From Phycisphaerae bacterium (GTDB taxonomy: Bacteria; Planctomycetota; Phycisphaerae; FEN-1346), in assembly GCA_035527275.1 (NCBI GenBank), contig DATLBA010000004.1, forward strand, positions 1 through 60,718: a stretch of DNA of 60,718 nt, given 5' to 3'. The position numbers were made by a program, and so were the translations under genes. A model generated the notes under the pieces. It worked only from the letters and a program-made list of their open reading frames with translations. It ran no database searches and was not told the origin of the DNA. The first letter of the stretch is position 1, and every line of letters begins with the position of its first letter. Positions 1 through 7,814 of this stretch are shown here, piece by piece.

Positions 1-1
1 T

Positions 2-256
2 CTGGGTGGCGAGACGGCGCCGGCTCAGGAGGCGGCAGCCGCGATTGAGCGCCTCGAAAAGGATGCTGCGCTCATGGCCCGCATCCGCGAAATCAAGGCC
101 GAGCGCGAGGCGAGCGAGTGGCTCGGCCTGGCGATGAATTATCTCGGCGCCGGCCGTCTGGATTTGGCCCGCGAGCAGTGTGAAAAGATCCTCTCGGAGT
201 ATCCTGAGACGTCGGAGGCCGCCGAGGCCGCCCGCCTGCTCGAGGAGATGAAGTAG
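2..256 (+). CDS. 3' end of a hypothetical protein with a C-terminal TPR-like helical hairpin (truncated by window start)
   Basis: Frame is open from base 2 to TAG at 254-256. The C-terminus LAMNYLGAGRLDLAREQCEKILSEYPETSEAAEAARLL has a TPR-like pattern. Confidence 0.7.
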   Translation: MGGETAPAQEAAAAIERLEKDAALMARIREIKAEREASEWLGLAMNYLGAGRLDLAREQCEKILSEYPETSEAAEAARLLEEMK

Positions 257-353
257 TTACATGGTCCCCCCTGCCGCTCGCCACGTCGAGTCGCCCGTGG
301 CGACCCGCGTTAGACTTCCCCCAAGCGTTCTTTCCAGGAGAGGAGATGGCCCG

Positions 354-428
354 ATGATGCGCGATGACGTGCTCGAGACCCTTTGTGACGTTGGAATCGT
401 TCCGGTGGTCCGGGCCGACTCGGCGTAG
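354..428 (+). pseudogene. Probable 5' remnant of a KDPG/KHG aldolase (Eda-like) gene
   Basis: SD (AGGAGAGGAG, 336-345) followed by MMRDDVLETLCDVGIVPVVRADSA-TAG. GIVPVVRADS matches the first beta-strand of KDPG aldolases. No intact continuation. Confidence 0.45.
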
Positions 429-454
429 CCGGGCTTTGCCATGCGCCGGGTGCC

Positions 455-472
455 ATCCCGGCGCGCCGGGAC
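455..472. repeat. Perfect 16-bp palindrome TCCCGGCGCGCCGGGA, copy 1
   Basis: The 18-mer ATCCCGGCGCGCCGGGAC is identical at 455-472 and 5350-5367. A 14-bp partial copy lies at 59836-59849. Confidence 0.7.
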
Positions 473-618
473 TTGCAGTCCGTGCCGCTGGATCGCACGG
501 GTTGACCATCGCCGGGGCCTGTCAGACCTGCCTCCGTGTCGGTGGGAAGACTTGAGATACCGGCCGCGGTATGTCAGAATGCCCTCCGGCAAGACCGCAC
601 AGCCCGCAAGGCTCCGAT

Positions 619-1713
619 ATGAAACGCTACCCCGCTCTCGAACGCACGTCCGCGCCGAACTGGGAAGGCCTCATCGCCAACCTCCGACGCCAGGGCACGC
701 CCGACCGCGCGTATCACCTGGAACTGTTCCAGGATACCGAGATCGCCGACGCCATCGCCGACCGCTACGACCTTCTGGCCGACTTGGACCCGTCGGACCC
801 GTACTACGCCCAGCGCCGCGAGATGGCGATCCAGCGGTTCTGCGGATTCGATTACGTGTGCGCCCGGCTGGGTGGCATGGACTGGGCGCTGCGGTGGCAG
901 ACGGTGCCCGACACGGCCCACCTGGCCCACGACGGCGGCCGCGGGTTCATAGACGAGCACCGCGGGCCCATCGCGAGTTGGGACGATTTTGAGGCGTACC
1001 CATGGCCCGACCCGGCGGTGCCTGCCGCGACACGCGAACTCGAGTGGTACGAGGCCAACCTGCCCGACGACATGTGTGTTCTGGCGCGAGACGTCGGGCA
1101 CTTTGCCGAGCTCCTGTGCTGGCTCATGGGGTATGAGACGCTCTGTTATTCCCTGTACGACGCGCCCGACTTGGTCGAGGCGATCGCCGCGCGGCTGCTG
1201 GAGACCGACCGCGTCCAGACGAGCCGCCTCCTGGAGTTCGACCGCGTCAAGGCCGTCTTTGCGAGCGACGACATGGGTTTCAAGACGGGCCTGCTGATCT
1301 CGCCCGACGACACGCGGCGGTTGGGCCTGGCGAACCACAAGGTCCTGGCCGCCATGGCCCACGCCGCCGGGCGGCCCTACCTGTTGCACTCGTGCGGCAA
1401 CCTTCGGGACATCATCGACGACCTGCTGGACGACGTGCGGATCGATGCGAAGCACAGTTTTGAGGATACCATTGAGGACGTCTGCGAGGTCAAGGCGACG
1501 TACGGCCAACGGATCGCGCTTCTGGGCGGCATCGACGTCGACTTCCTGTGCCGGTCCACCGAGGCCGCCATTCGCCAGCGCGTCCGCCGCACCCTCGACG
1601 TCTGCCAGCCGGGCGGCGGGTATTGCCTGGGCACCGGCAACTCGGTGGCCAACTACGTGCCGCTCGAAAACTACCTCGCGATGCTCGACGAAGGATGGCT
1701 GTATGGACAATGA
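619..1713 (+). CDS. Uroporphyrinogen decarboxylase (URO-D)/MtaA-CmuA family protein
   Basis: Motifs SDDMGFKTGLLISPD, LLHSCGN, LLGGIDVD, GGGYCLGTGNSV. Start moved to ATG 619. Confidence 0.85.
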   Translation: MKRYPALERTSAPNWEGLIANLRRQGTPDRAYHLELFQDTEIADAIADRYDLLADLDPSDPYYAQRREMAIQRFCGFDYVCARLGGMDWALRWQTVPDTAHLAHDGGRGFIDEHRGPIASWDDFEAYPWPDPAVPAATRELEWYEANLPDDMCVLARDVGHFAELLCWLMGYETLCYSLYDAPDLVEAIAARLLETDRVQTSRLLEFDRVKAVFASDDMGFKTGLLISPDDTRRLGLANHKVLAAMAHAAGRPYLLHSCGNLRDIIDDLLDDVRIDAKHSFEDTIEDVCEVKATYGQRIALLGGIDVDFLCRSTEAAIRQRVRRTLDVCQPGGGYCLGTGNSVANYVPLENYLAMLDEGWLYGQ

Positions 1714-1810
1714 GCGATTTCGGATTGCGCGGTCAACACAGCCACCCGCGCGGCGCTCGTGCCCACTAGAATCCCAGCATACCCACGTCCGCTCAGAAGG
1801 GGGCCCTGCC

Positions 1811-2365
1811 ATGAAGCGAGCGCGTTTTTCCGTTCTGCTGACCTGTGTGCTTTCCCTTTGTCTTGTCTCAGCGACGGCTGAGTCGCCTGAGAATCTTCCC
1901 GCGCCGCCCGGCCCGACTGCGTTTTCGGCCATCGTCAGCGGGGTGAGGGACGGGGACACGCTGGAGGTCGTGCGGGAGGGCCAAAAGGTCAGGCTGCGCC
2001 TGTTTGACGTGGCCTGCCCCGAACTCGATGAAAGGAACGGTGAGCGTGCGCGGCAGATTACGGCGAGAACGGTCGGCCAAACGCCCGTCTGGATTTTCCC
2101 CTCCGGGCGACGCGCCACCGACGCTCACGGCAGGATGCTGGTGCGGGTCTGGACGCAGAAGGGCTGGCTCTCTGACGTGCTCATCAAGGCGGGCGCAGCA
2201 ACGCGGTACGTGGATCCCGACGAGCCCACGGTCTATATCACGCGGGCGGGCAGCAAGTACCACCGGGAGAGCTGTGAGCACCTGCGAGAGAGCAGGATTT
2301 CGATCAGCCTGCCGATCGCGAAAGAGCAAGGCTACGAGCCGTGCAGCCGATGCGGACCACCGTAG
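1811..2365 (+). CDS. Secreted thermonuclease (SNase-like) protein with a C-terminal Cys/His metal-binding domain
   Basis: Signal peptide MKRARFSVLLTCVLSLCLVSATA, SNase motifs VRDGDTLEV and GRMLVRV, and C-terminal VYITRAGSKYHRESC...GYEPCSRC. Confidence 0.75.
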   Translation: MKRARFSVLLTCVLSLCLVSATAESPENLPAPPGPTAFSAIVSGVRDGDTLEVVREGQKVRLRLFDVACPELDERNGERARQITARTVGQTPVWIFPSGRRATDAHGRMLVRVWTQKGWLSDVLIKAGAATRYVDPDEPTVYITRAGSKYHRESCEHLRESRISISLPIAKEQGYEPCSRCGPP

Positions 2366-2568
2366 CCTAATGCGTGGCGCTGCTGGACAGCAGCGCGCCG
2401 GGCCCGAGCGACAAGGAGTCGGACGGCCATTCGGAGGCCGAACGAGGGCTTGCGACGTTGCGCCGAGGCGAGTAACATCCATGGAAAAGGCTCGCGACGG
2501 TCGGGGGCAGAATGGCATATGGAAAATCCCGGATGAAAGCGCTCCCGACCGATTCGGGGGGTGACGCC

Positions 2569-3000
2569 GTGGAACAAAGAACTGGAGCGGCATCCTCGAA
2601 AGCGGCTGGTTGGTCCACGGTGGCCTTCGGGGTATCTCTGCTGGCATCAACCGTTGCGGGCACGGTGCTCTTTGATGCGTGCATGATTGACCTGCTTGCC
2701 ATAGTAGTTGTGGTCCTTTCGTTTTACGTCCTTTCTGGCAGCCGGAAAGCCGCCAAGTGGCTTAGCTGGATCATGGTCGCGTACGCCCTTGTGTGGGCAA
2801 TCATGATAGTAGGCAGCTCGTTGACGCCGTGGCGGATCACGGTAGGAGGACGACCGGTTCCGGAACCCGTGTTGCCATGGGCGTTAGGGTTCATAGCCGC
2901 TGTTGGCATTTGGGCTGTCATCAACTTCTTCCTCTTGAGGCGCGCCATCACACAAGCCAGGGAAGCGGGTGTCCCTCCCGAAAACGCTATCCGGCCATGA
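2569..3000 (+). CDS. Hypothetical membrane protein (about 4 TM segments)
   Basis: Four hydrophobic stretches. Start is uncertain (ATG 2512 or GTG 2569). Confidence 0.6.
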   Translation: MEQRTGAASSKAAGWSTVAFGVSLLASTVAGTVLFDACMIDLLAIVVVVLSFYVLSGSRKAAKWLSWIMVAYALVWAIMIVGSSLTPWRITVGGRPVPEPVLPWALGFIAAVGIWAVINFFLLRRAITQAREAGVPPENAIRP

Positions 3001-3252
3001 AACCGATGTGAACGCCCTTGCAGACAAGGGATGTAGGTCCTCGTACAACAAGGCAGACGGCGTCGCCGGTGCGGAAAGTTACCTCGCCGCGTCGGATGCC
3101 TGACCGGTCTGCCGGACCCGGCCGGCGGCGAAAACAAGGCTGTACCTGGCAGGGCTGACGACTCCCTGTCACAGTAGCCGCGGCCTGCTGGTTGACATCC
3201 CCTGGCCTCATCTCTCCACGCGCATACCGGAGATTCCCTGACGGCCCTGTCC

Positions 3253-3357
3253 GGGTGTGACTCTTTTTAATGGCGCGGGCGTACGCCCGCGCTACCGCCC
3301 CGCCCTCCACGGCGGGTCTGCGCTGCGCTCCGACAAGCGGGGCGGCTAACGCCGTGG
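3253..3357. repeat. REP-like intergenic cluster
   Basis: GGGTGTGACTCTTTTT at 3253-3268 (also at 32781-32796), a perfect 20-bp palindrome GCGCGGGCGTACGCCCGCGC at 3273-3292, and the inverted pair CCACGGCG/CGCCGTGG at 3308-3357. Confidence 0.55.
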
Positions 3358-3514
3358 TGGACCCGACACGCAGGGGATAATGTGGTCACCCCCCCCTCCC
3401 CCCCGTCCAGGGGCAATTTATCTTGATGATAGCGGTCTTAAATATCCGATAGGTCTGAAGGACGGCAGGGGGGTCCACTCGTGGATGTCGTCCAGTGTGC
3501 TGGGAGGCCCCGGG

Positions 3515-5350
3515 ATGGCATCCCCAATCACCTGTCGGAAGAACGGGCTTCGGCTCCACTGTTTCGTGGCAGGCGCCGTGCCGATGGCGGCCTATCTGCT
3601 CGATTGGGCTTCCCCTGTCTGGATAGTGATGTGCCTTTCGGCGGCGTCGCTGGTTTCGGTTCGCCTCGCCGTGGTTGCCCGCCTTTACGACTTTTTCAAG
3701 ACACCGAAGAATCGCGCGGACGCGGAGTTTCATTACGGTGTCCATCGGTTCAACGAGGCGGTGCGGGTCGGCCTGCTTGGTTTAGGGTTGGGGCTGCTGC
3801 TGACCGGCTATCCCTTCGGTTGGCTTCCGATTTTGGCGGCGTCGGCCACGGCGCTTCTGGAAGCGGCGACGGGGTTTTCCGTGACGGCGCTCATTTACGC
3901 CGGGGCCATAGCGCTGGTGGGTCGCCTGGCGTCGGCCAAGCCGAAGCCCTTTGAACCCACCGCTGGCCGGTTGAACCCCGATTGCCTCATCTGCCGCGCA
4001 CTCGGCCGCGCCCCGTACCAGCGATGCCGGTGGTGCCGCCTGCCAAGTGTCCGGTGGTGCTGCGGTCTCCAGGCGTCCATGCTCCTGATGCTCCTGCTGG
4101 TGATTGCCTTTCTGCTCGACTCTCCCCTGGGGCCGTTCGTGACCAAGGTGCTGGTTGCGATGAGCATCCTGGCGGTGGTGGCGTTGGGTCTGGCGATTAA
4201 TCGGCAGACGGACGACCTGGTTTCAGCGCTGGACGACTCGTTCGAGAAGGGGGAGCGCAAGGCGAGGCGCTGCGCGTTTCTGAAGCGTTTGGCGGCGGCG
4301 CACTCGGTCGAAGCGGCCGCGCAGACGACCGTGGATTACGTCGGCAAAGCGGTGGGGGCGCGGCGAATCAGTGTGATGATTGCCGAGGAAGGGGTGCTTC
4401 GGATTGTGGCCTCGCGGGGACTTCCGCTGCACATCGCCGAGAAGGTCGAGGTGCCGCTCGATAAACGGATTTGTGGCCGCGTGTTTTCGACCGGCCGAGC
4501 CGTTCTGTTCCACGACGTGATGACCGAGATGCCGGCCCTTGCGTTGGGTCTTGAGGGAGCGGGCGCGTCGGCCTCGCTTCCGCTCATCACGGCGCCCATG
4601 GGCGCCAACGGAGACAAAGTCGGTTGTATCAATGTGACCGATAAGCCCGAGCGGGCGTTCTCCGAATCCGACACCGACGAGATGGAGTTTGTCGCGGAGG
4701 CGACGGCCATCAGCCTGGCGGGCCAGTTGGCGCACCGCCAGTTGGAAAAGGCCAACTATGACACGATCCGGGCGCTGGCGCTGGCGATGGAGGCAAAGGA
4801 CCCGTGCACGCACGGCCACTCGCTTCGGGTCCAGGCCTGGTGCGCGGCCATCGGCCGCGAACTCGGCTTCGGAAAGAAACGCCTGCAGGCCCTGTCCTGT
4901 GCCGCCGAGTTGCACGACATCGGCAAACTGGCCATCCCCGATGGGATTCTTCAGGCCGAACGTCCCTTGACCGACGCCGAGTGGGTCCTCATTCGCCAGC
5001 ATCCGTCCCGCGGCGTCCAACTGATCGAACACATCGGCTTTCTGAAATTGACGAAACCCATCATGCTCTACCACCACGAGCGGATCGACGGCGGCGGGTA
5101 TCCGGAGGGCCGCTCGGGCGATGAGATTCCGCTGGAGTCCAGGATTCTGGCCGTCGTGGACTCCTACGATGCGATGACCAGCGCGCGGCCGTATCGGCCC
5201 GCGCTCACGCACGAGGTGGCGGCGGCGGAACTCAGGCGGTGCGGGGGGGCCCAGTTCGATGCCGGTTGTGTCGAGATGTTCCTGGGGCTGCTGAGCAAGG
5301 AAGACGCCGCGTCGGTCCCGATAAACATCGGGGCCGAACGGCAACCGTGA
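3515..5350 (+). CDS. Membrane-anchored GAF + HD-GYP c-di-GMP phosphodiesterase (copy A, intact)
   Basis: N-terminal TM region, CLIC-x10-CRWC cluster, GAF region (RISVMIAEEG..LRIVASRG, VGCINVTDK, FSESD), and HD-GYP motifs GHSLRV, LHDIGK, HHERIDGGGYP, DSYDAMTSARPYR. Confidence 0.9.
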   Translation: MASPITCRKNGLRLHCFVAGAVPMAAYLLDWASPVWIVMCLSAASLVSVRLAVVARLYDFFKTPKNRADAEFHYGVHRFNEAVRVGLLGLGLGLLLTGYPFGWLPILAASATALLEAATGFSVTALIYAGAIALVGRLASAKPKPFEPTAGRLNPDCLICRALGRAPYQRCRWCRLPSVRWCCGLQASMLLMLLLVIAFLLDSPLGPFVTKVLVAMSILAVVALGLAINRQTDDLVSALDDSFEKGERKARRCAFLKRLAAAHSVEAAAQTTVDYVGKAVGARRISVMIAEEGVLRIVASRGLPLHIAEKVEVPLDKRICGRVFSTGRAVLFHDVMTEMPALALGLEGAGASASLPLITAPMGANGDKVGCINVTDKPERAFSESDTDEMEFVAEATAISLAGQLAHRQLEKANYDTIRALALAMEAKDPCTHGHSLRVQAWCAAIGRELGFGKKRLQALSCAAELHDIGKLAIPDGILQAERPLTDAEWVLIRQHPSRGVQLIEHIGFLKLTKPIMLYHHERIDGGGYPEGRSGDEIPLESRILAVVDSYDAMTSARPYRPALTHEVAAAELRRCGGAQFDAGCVEMFLGLLSKEDAASVPINIGAERQP

Positions 5351-5385
5351 TCCCGGCGCGCCGGGACCGAAGGCAGCCCATGCCA

Positions 5386-5441
5386 TGTCATTCCGACCGA
5401 ATCCCGATAAAATCGGGATGAGTGGAGGAATCTCGCCGTTA
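5386..5441 (+). repeat. Left stem-loop repeat of the GIY-YIG cassette, with a nested ATCCCGAT-AAA-ATCGGGAT hairpin
   Basis: TGTCA-TTCC...GGAA-TCTCGCCGTTA. Its 11-bp end is a perfect inverted repeat of 5829-5839. Confidence 0.75.
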
Positions 5442-5445
5442 ATTT

Positions 5446-5475
5446 TTGCTATTGCCCTCTAGGCCCCTCTACAAT
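5446..5475 (+). promoter_or_regulatory. Putative sigma70 promoter of the GIY-YIG gene
   Basis: TTGCTA-N18-TACAAT, ending 24 bp before GTG 5500. Confidence 0.45.
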
Positions 5476-5499
5476 GGGCGCGCAACGAGGGCCTTTGCC

Positions 5500-5814
5500 G
5501 TGCGCCAATATTATGTCTATATCATGACTAACCGTTCCGGAACGCTTTACACCGGCGTCACCAACAACCTTGAGCGCCGGGTGTATGAACACAAACACGG
5601 CCTGTTGCCCGGCTTCACCAAGAAGTACAACATCGACCGCCTGGTTTACTTTGAAGCGACGCCGGAGGTGACCGCGGCCATCGCCCGGGAGAAGCAGATT
5701 AAGCGGTGGCGGCGCGAGAAAAAGGTGGCCCTCATTGAATCGATGAACCGAAACTGGAAAGACCTCAGCGCCGACTGGTTCGGCGATTCTCGGCTGACTT
5801 CTGAACCGTGGTGA
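5500..5814 (+). CDS. Small standalone GIY-YIG nuclease (Ssn-like)
   Basis: YYVYIMT...LYTGVTNNLERRVYEHK...YNIDRLVYFE...AIAREKQIKRWRREKK is the single-domain GIY-YIG pattern. Confidence 0.9.
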   Translation: MRQYYVYIMTNRSGTLYTGVTNNLERRVYEHKHGLLPGFTKKYNIDRLVYFEATPEVTAAIAREKQIKRWRREKKVALIESMNRNWKDLSADWFGDSRLTSEPW

Positions 5815-5828
5815 GACGTCGGGGATAG

Positions 5829-5864
5829 TAACGGCGAGACCCCTCGACTTCGCTCGGGGTGACA
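5829..5864 (-). repeat. Right stem-loop repeat of the GIY-YIG cassette (inverted)
   Basis: Reverse complement is TGTCA-CCCC-GAGCGAAGTCGA-GGGG-TCTCGCCGTTA. Confidence 0.8.
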
Positions 5865-5889
5865 AAATGGGGGGCTTAATGGACCGAAT

Positions 5890-6074
5890 TCACTGGCCGG
5901 AAGGTGACCCGGTCGCAAAGGGTTTCGCTTTTTCTCTCGACAGGAGGATGTCCGGCGCAACGTAGAACGGCTGCGCCTTGGTCGGCGGGGGGAGGTTGGT
6001 GGTTTTCGGCGCGTAGCCGGGCTTGCCTGCCCTGGCATCGCTGGCGTGGGCCAGTTGCACCACGTCGAAACCTT
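5890..6074 (-). pseudogene. 3' remnant of the lipoprotein gene at 7815..8294
   Basis: 5889-6074 aligns without gaps to 7814-7999 (offset 1925). The signal peptide and 5' half are absent. Confidence 0.85.
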
Positions 6075-6367
6075 TTGGCATACCCTTGCCATAGCGGAAC
6101 GCCACGGCGCGCTATGGAGCCCCGTCCTGATATTTGCCTCCCAATCTGAATAGACGCGGAATTGATTTCACGGCTGGCGGGAAAGGGCCGAACTCGGCCT
6201 CGGATGCAGCCGGCGATTGGCGCTCCTGTCGCAGTTATGAGGGCCGTTCCGGCAAGATTTTATGTGATAAAGGTCGGTTTGCCCAGCCGATAATAGGAAT
6301 GCGCTTAAGAGGATGGAGTAACCGCACCTTTTTCGCACGGCCTCCCCCTTGGCTGAGGAGTGCTGGA

Positions 6368-7777
6368 ATGGCGTCCCCGTTCACCTGTCGGAAGAATGGG
6401 CTTCGGCTCCACTGTTTCGTGGCAGGCGCCGTGCCGATGGCGGCCTATCTGGCCGATTGGGCTTCCCCTGTCTGGATAGCGCTGGGCCTTTCGGCGGCGG
6501 CGTTGGTTTCGGTTCGCCTCGCCGTGGTTGCCCGCCTTTACGACTTTTTCAAGACACCGGAGGACCGTGCGGACGCGGAGTTTCATTACGGTGTCCATCG
6601 GTTCAACGAGGCGGTGCGGGTCGGCCTGCTTGGTTTAGGGTTGGGGCTGCTGCTGACCGGCTATCCCTTCGGGTGGCTTCCGATTCTTGGGGCGTCGGCC
6701 ACGGCGCTTCTGGAAGCGGCGACGGGGTTTTCCGTGACGGCGCTCATGTACGCCGGGGCCATCGTGCTGGCGGGCCGCCAGGCGCCGGCCGAGCCGAAGC
6801 CCTTTGAACCCACCGCTGGCCGGTTAAACCCCGATTGCCTCGTCTGCCGCGCACTCGGCCGCGCCCCGTACCAGCGATGCCGGTGGTGCCACCTGCCAGG
6901 TGTCCGGTGGTGCTACGGTCTCCAGGCGTCCATGCTCCTGATGCTCCTGCTGGTGATTGCCTTTCTACTCGACTCGCCCCTGGGGCCGTTCGCAACCAAG
7001 GCGCTGGTTGCGATGAGCATCCTGGCGGTGGTGGCGTTGGGTTTGGCGATTAATCGGCAGACGGACGACCTGGTCTCAGCGCTTGACAACTCGTTCGAGA
7101 AGGGGGAGCGTGAGGAGTGGCGGTGCGCGTTCCTGAAGCGTTTGGCGATGGCGGACTCGGTCGAAGCGGCCGCACAGGTAGCCATCGATTACGCCGGCGA
7201 AGCGGTGGGGGCGCGGCGAATCAGTGTGAGGATTGCCGAGGAAGGGGCGCTTCGGATCCAGGCTTTGTGCGCGGGCATCGGCCGCGAACTCGGCCTCTCA
7301 GAGGAACGCCTGCAGGCCCTCTCCTGTGCCGCCGAGTTGCACGACATCGGCACACTGGCCATTCCCGATAGGATTCTTCGGGCCGAACGCCCCTTGACCG
7401 ACACCGAGTGGGTCCTTGTGCGCCAGCACCCGTTGTGCGGCATCCAACTGATCGAACACATCAGCTTTCTGAAGTTGGCGAAGCCCATCATGCTCCGCCA
7501 CCACGAGCGGATCGACGGCAGCGGGTATCCGGATGGCTGCTCAGGCGATGAGATTCCGCTGGAGTCCAAGATTCTGGCCGTCGTGGACTCCTACAATGCC
7601 ATGACCAGCGCGCGGCCGTATCGGCCGCCACTCACGCACGAGGCGGCGGTGGCGGAACTCAGGCGCTGTGCAGGCACCCAGTTCGATGTCGATTGTGTCG
7701 AGACGTTCCTGGGGCTGCTGAGCAGGGAAGACGCCGAGTCGGCCCCGATAAGTATCGGGGCCGGGGAAGCCTCCTGA
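6368..7777 (+). CDS. HD-GYP paralog (copy B) with an in-frame 426-bp deletion of the GAF domain and start of the HD domain; probably catalytically impaired
   Basis: Collinear with copy A. Length 1410 vs 1836 bp. Junction GCTTCGGAT at 7249-7257. Lacks EAKD..GHS; has HDIGT and DSYNAM variants. Confidence 0.8.
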   Translation: MASPFTCRKNGLRLHCFVAGAVPMAAYLADWASPVWIALGLSAAALVSVRLAVVARLYDFFKTPEDRADAEFHYGVHRFNEAVRVGLLGLGLGLLLTGYPFGWLPILGASATALLEAATGFSVTALMYAGAIVLAGRQAPAEPKPFEPTAGRLNPDCLVCRALGRAPYQRCRWCHLPGVRWCYGLQASMLLMLLLVIAFLLDSPLGPFATKALVAMSILAVVALGLAINRQTDDLVSALDNSFEKGEREEWRCAFLKRLAMADSVEAAAQVAIDYAGEAVGARRISVRIAEEGALRIQALCAGIGRELGLSEERLQALSCAAELHDIGTLAIPDRILRAERPLTDTEWVLVRQHPLCGIQLIEHISFLKLAKPIMLRHHERIDGSGYPDGCSGDEIPLESKILAVVDSYNAMTSARPYRPPLTHEAAVAELRRCAGTQFDVDCVETFLGLLSREDAESAPISIGAGEAS

Positions 7778-7814
7778 AGCGGAAAACGGCTCGTCCGCCG
7801 GCTGCTCCCATCCT

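Noticed and set aside
421-440. CGGCGTAGCCGGGCTTTGCC resembling 6007-6027 and 7932-7952
   Set aside because: Short, GC-rich and gapped match with no flanking homology; likely chance.
3380-3514. N-terminal extensions given by the ORF track (for example 3380, 6134, 10848, 13812, 23142, 25094, 47227)
   Set aside because: They lack homology-like content. Downstream starts fit SD sites, paralog alignment or the family N-terminus better.
3000-3515. c-di-GMP riboswitch upstream of the HD-GYP or cyclase genes
   Set aside because: The GEMM hallmarks (GGCAAA..GAAA tetraloop..GGACGCAAAGC) were not found by eye here, at 6075-6367 or at 12946-13160. An Infernal/Rfam scan would settle it.
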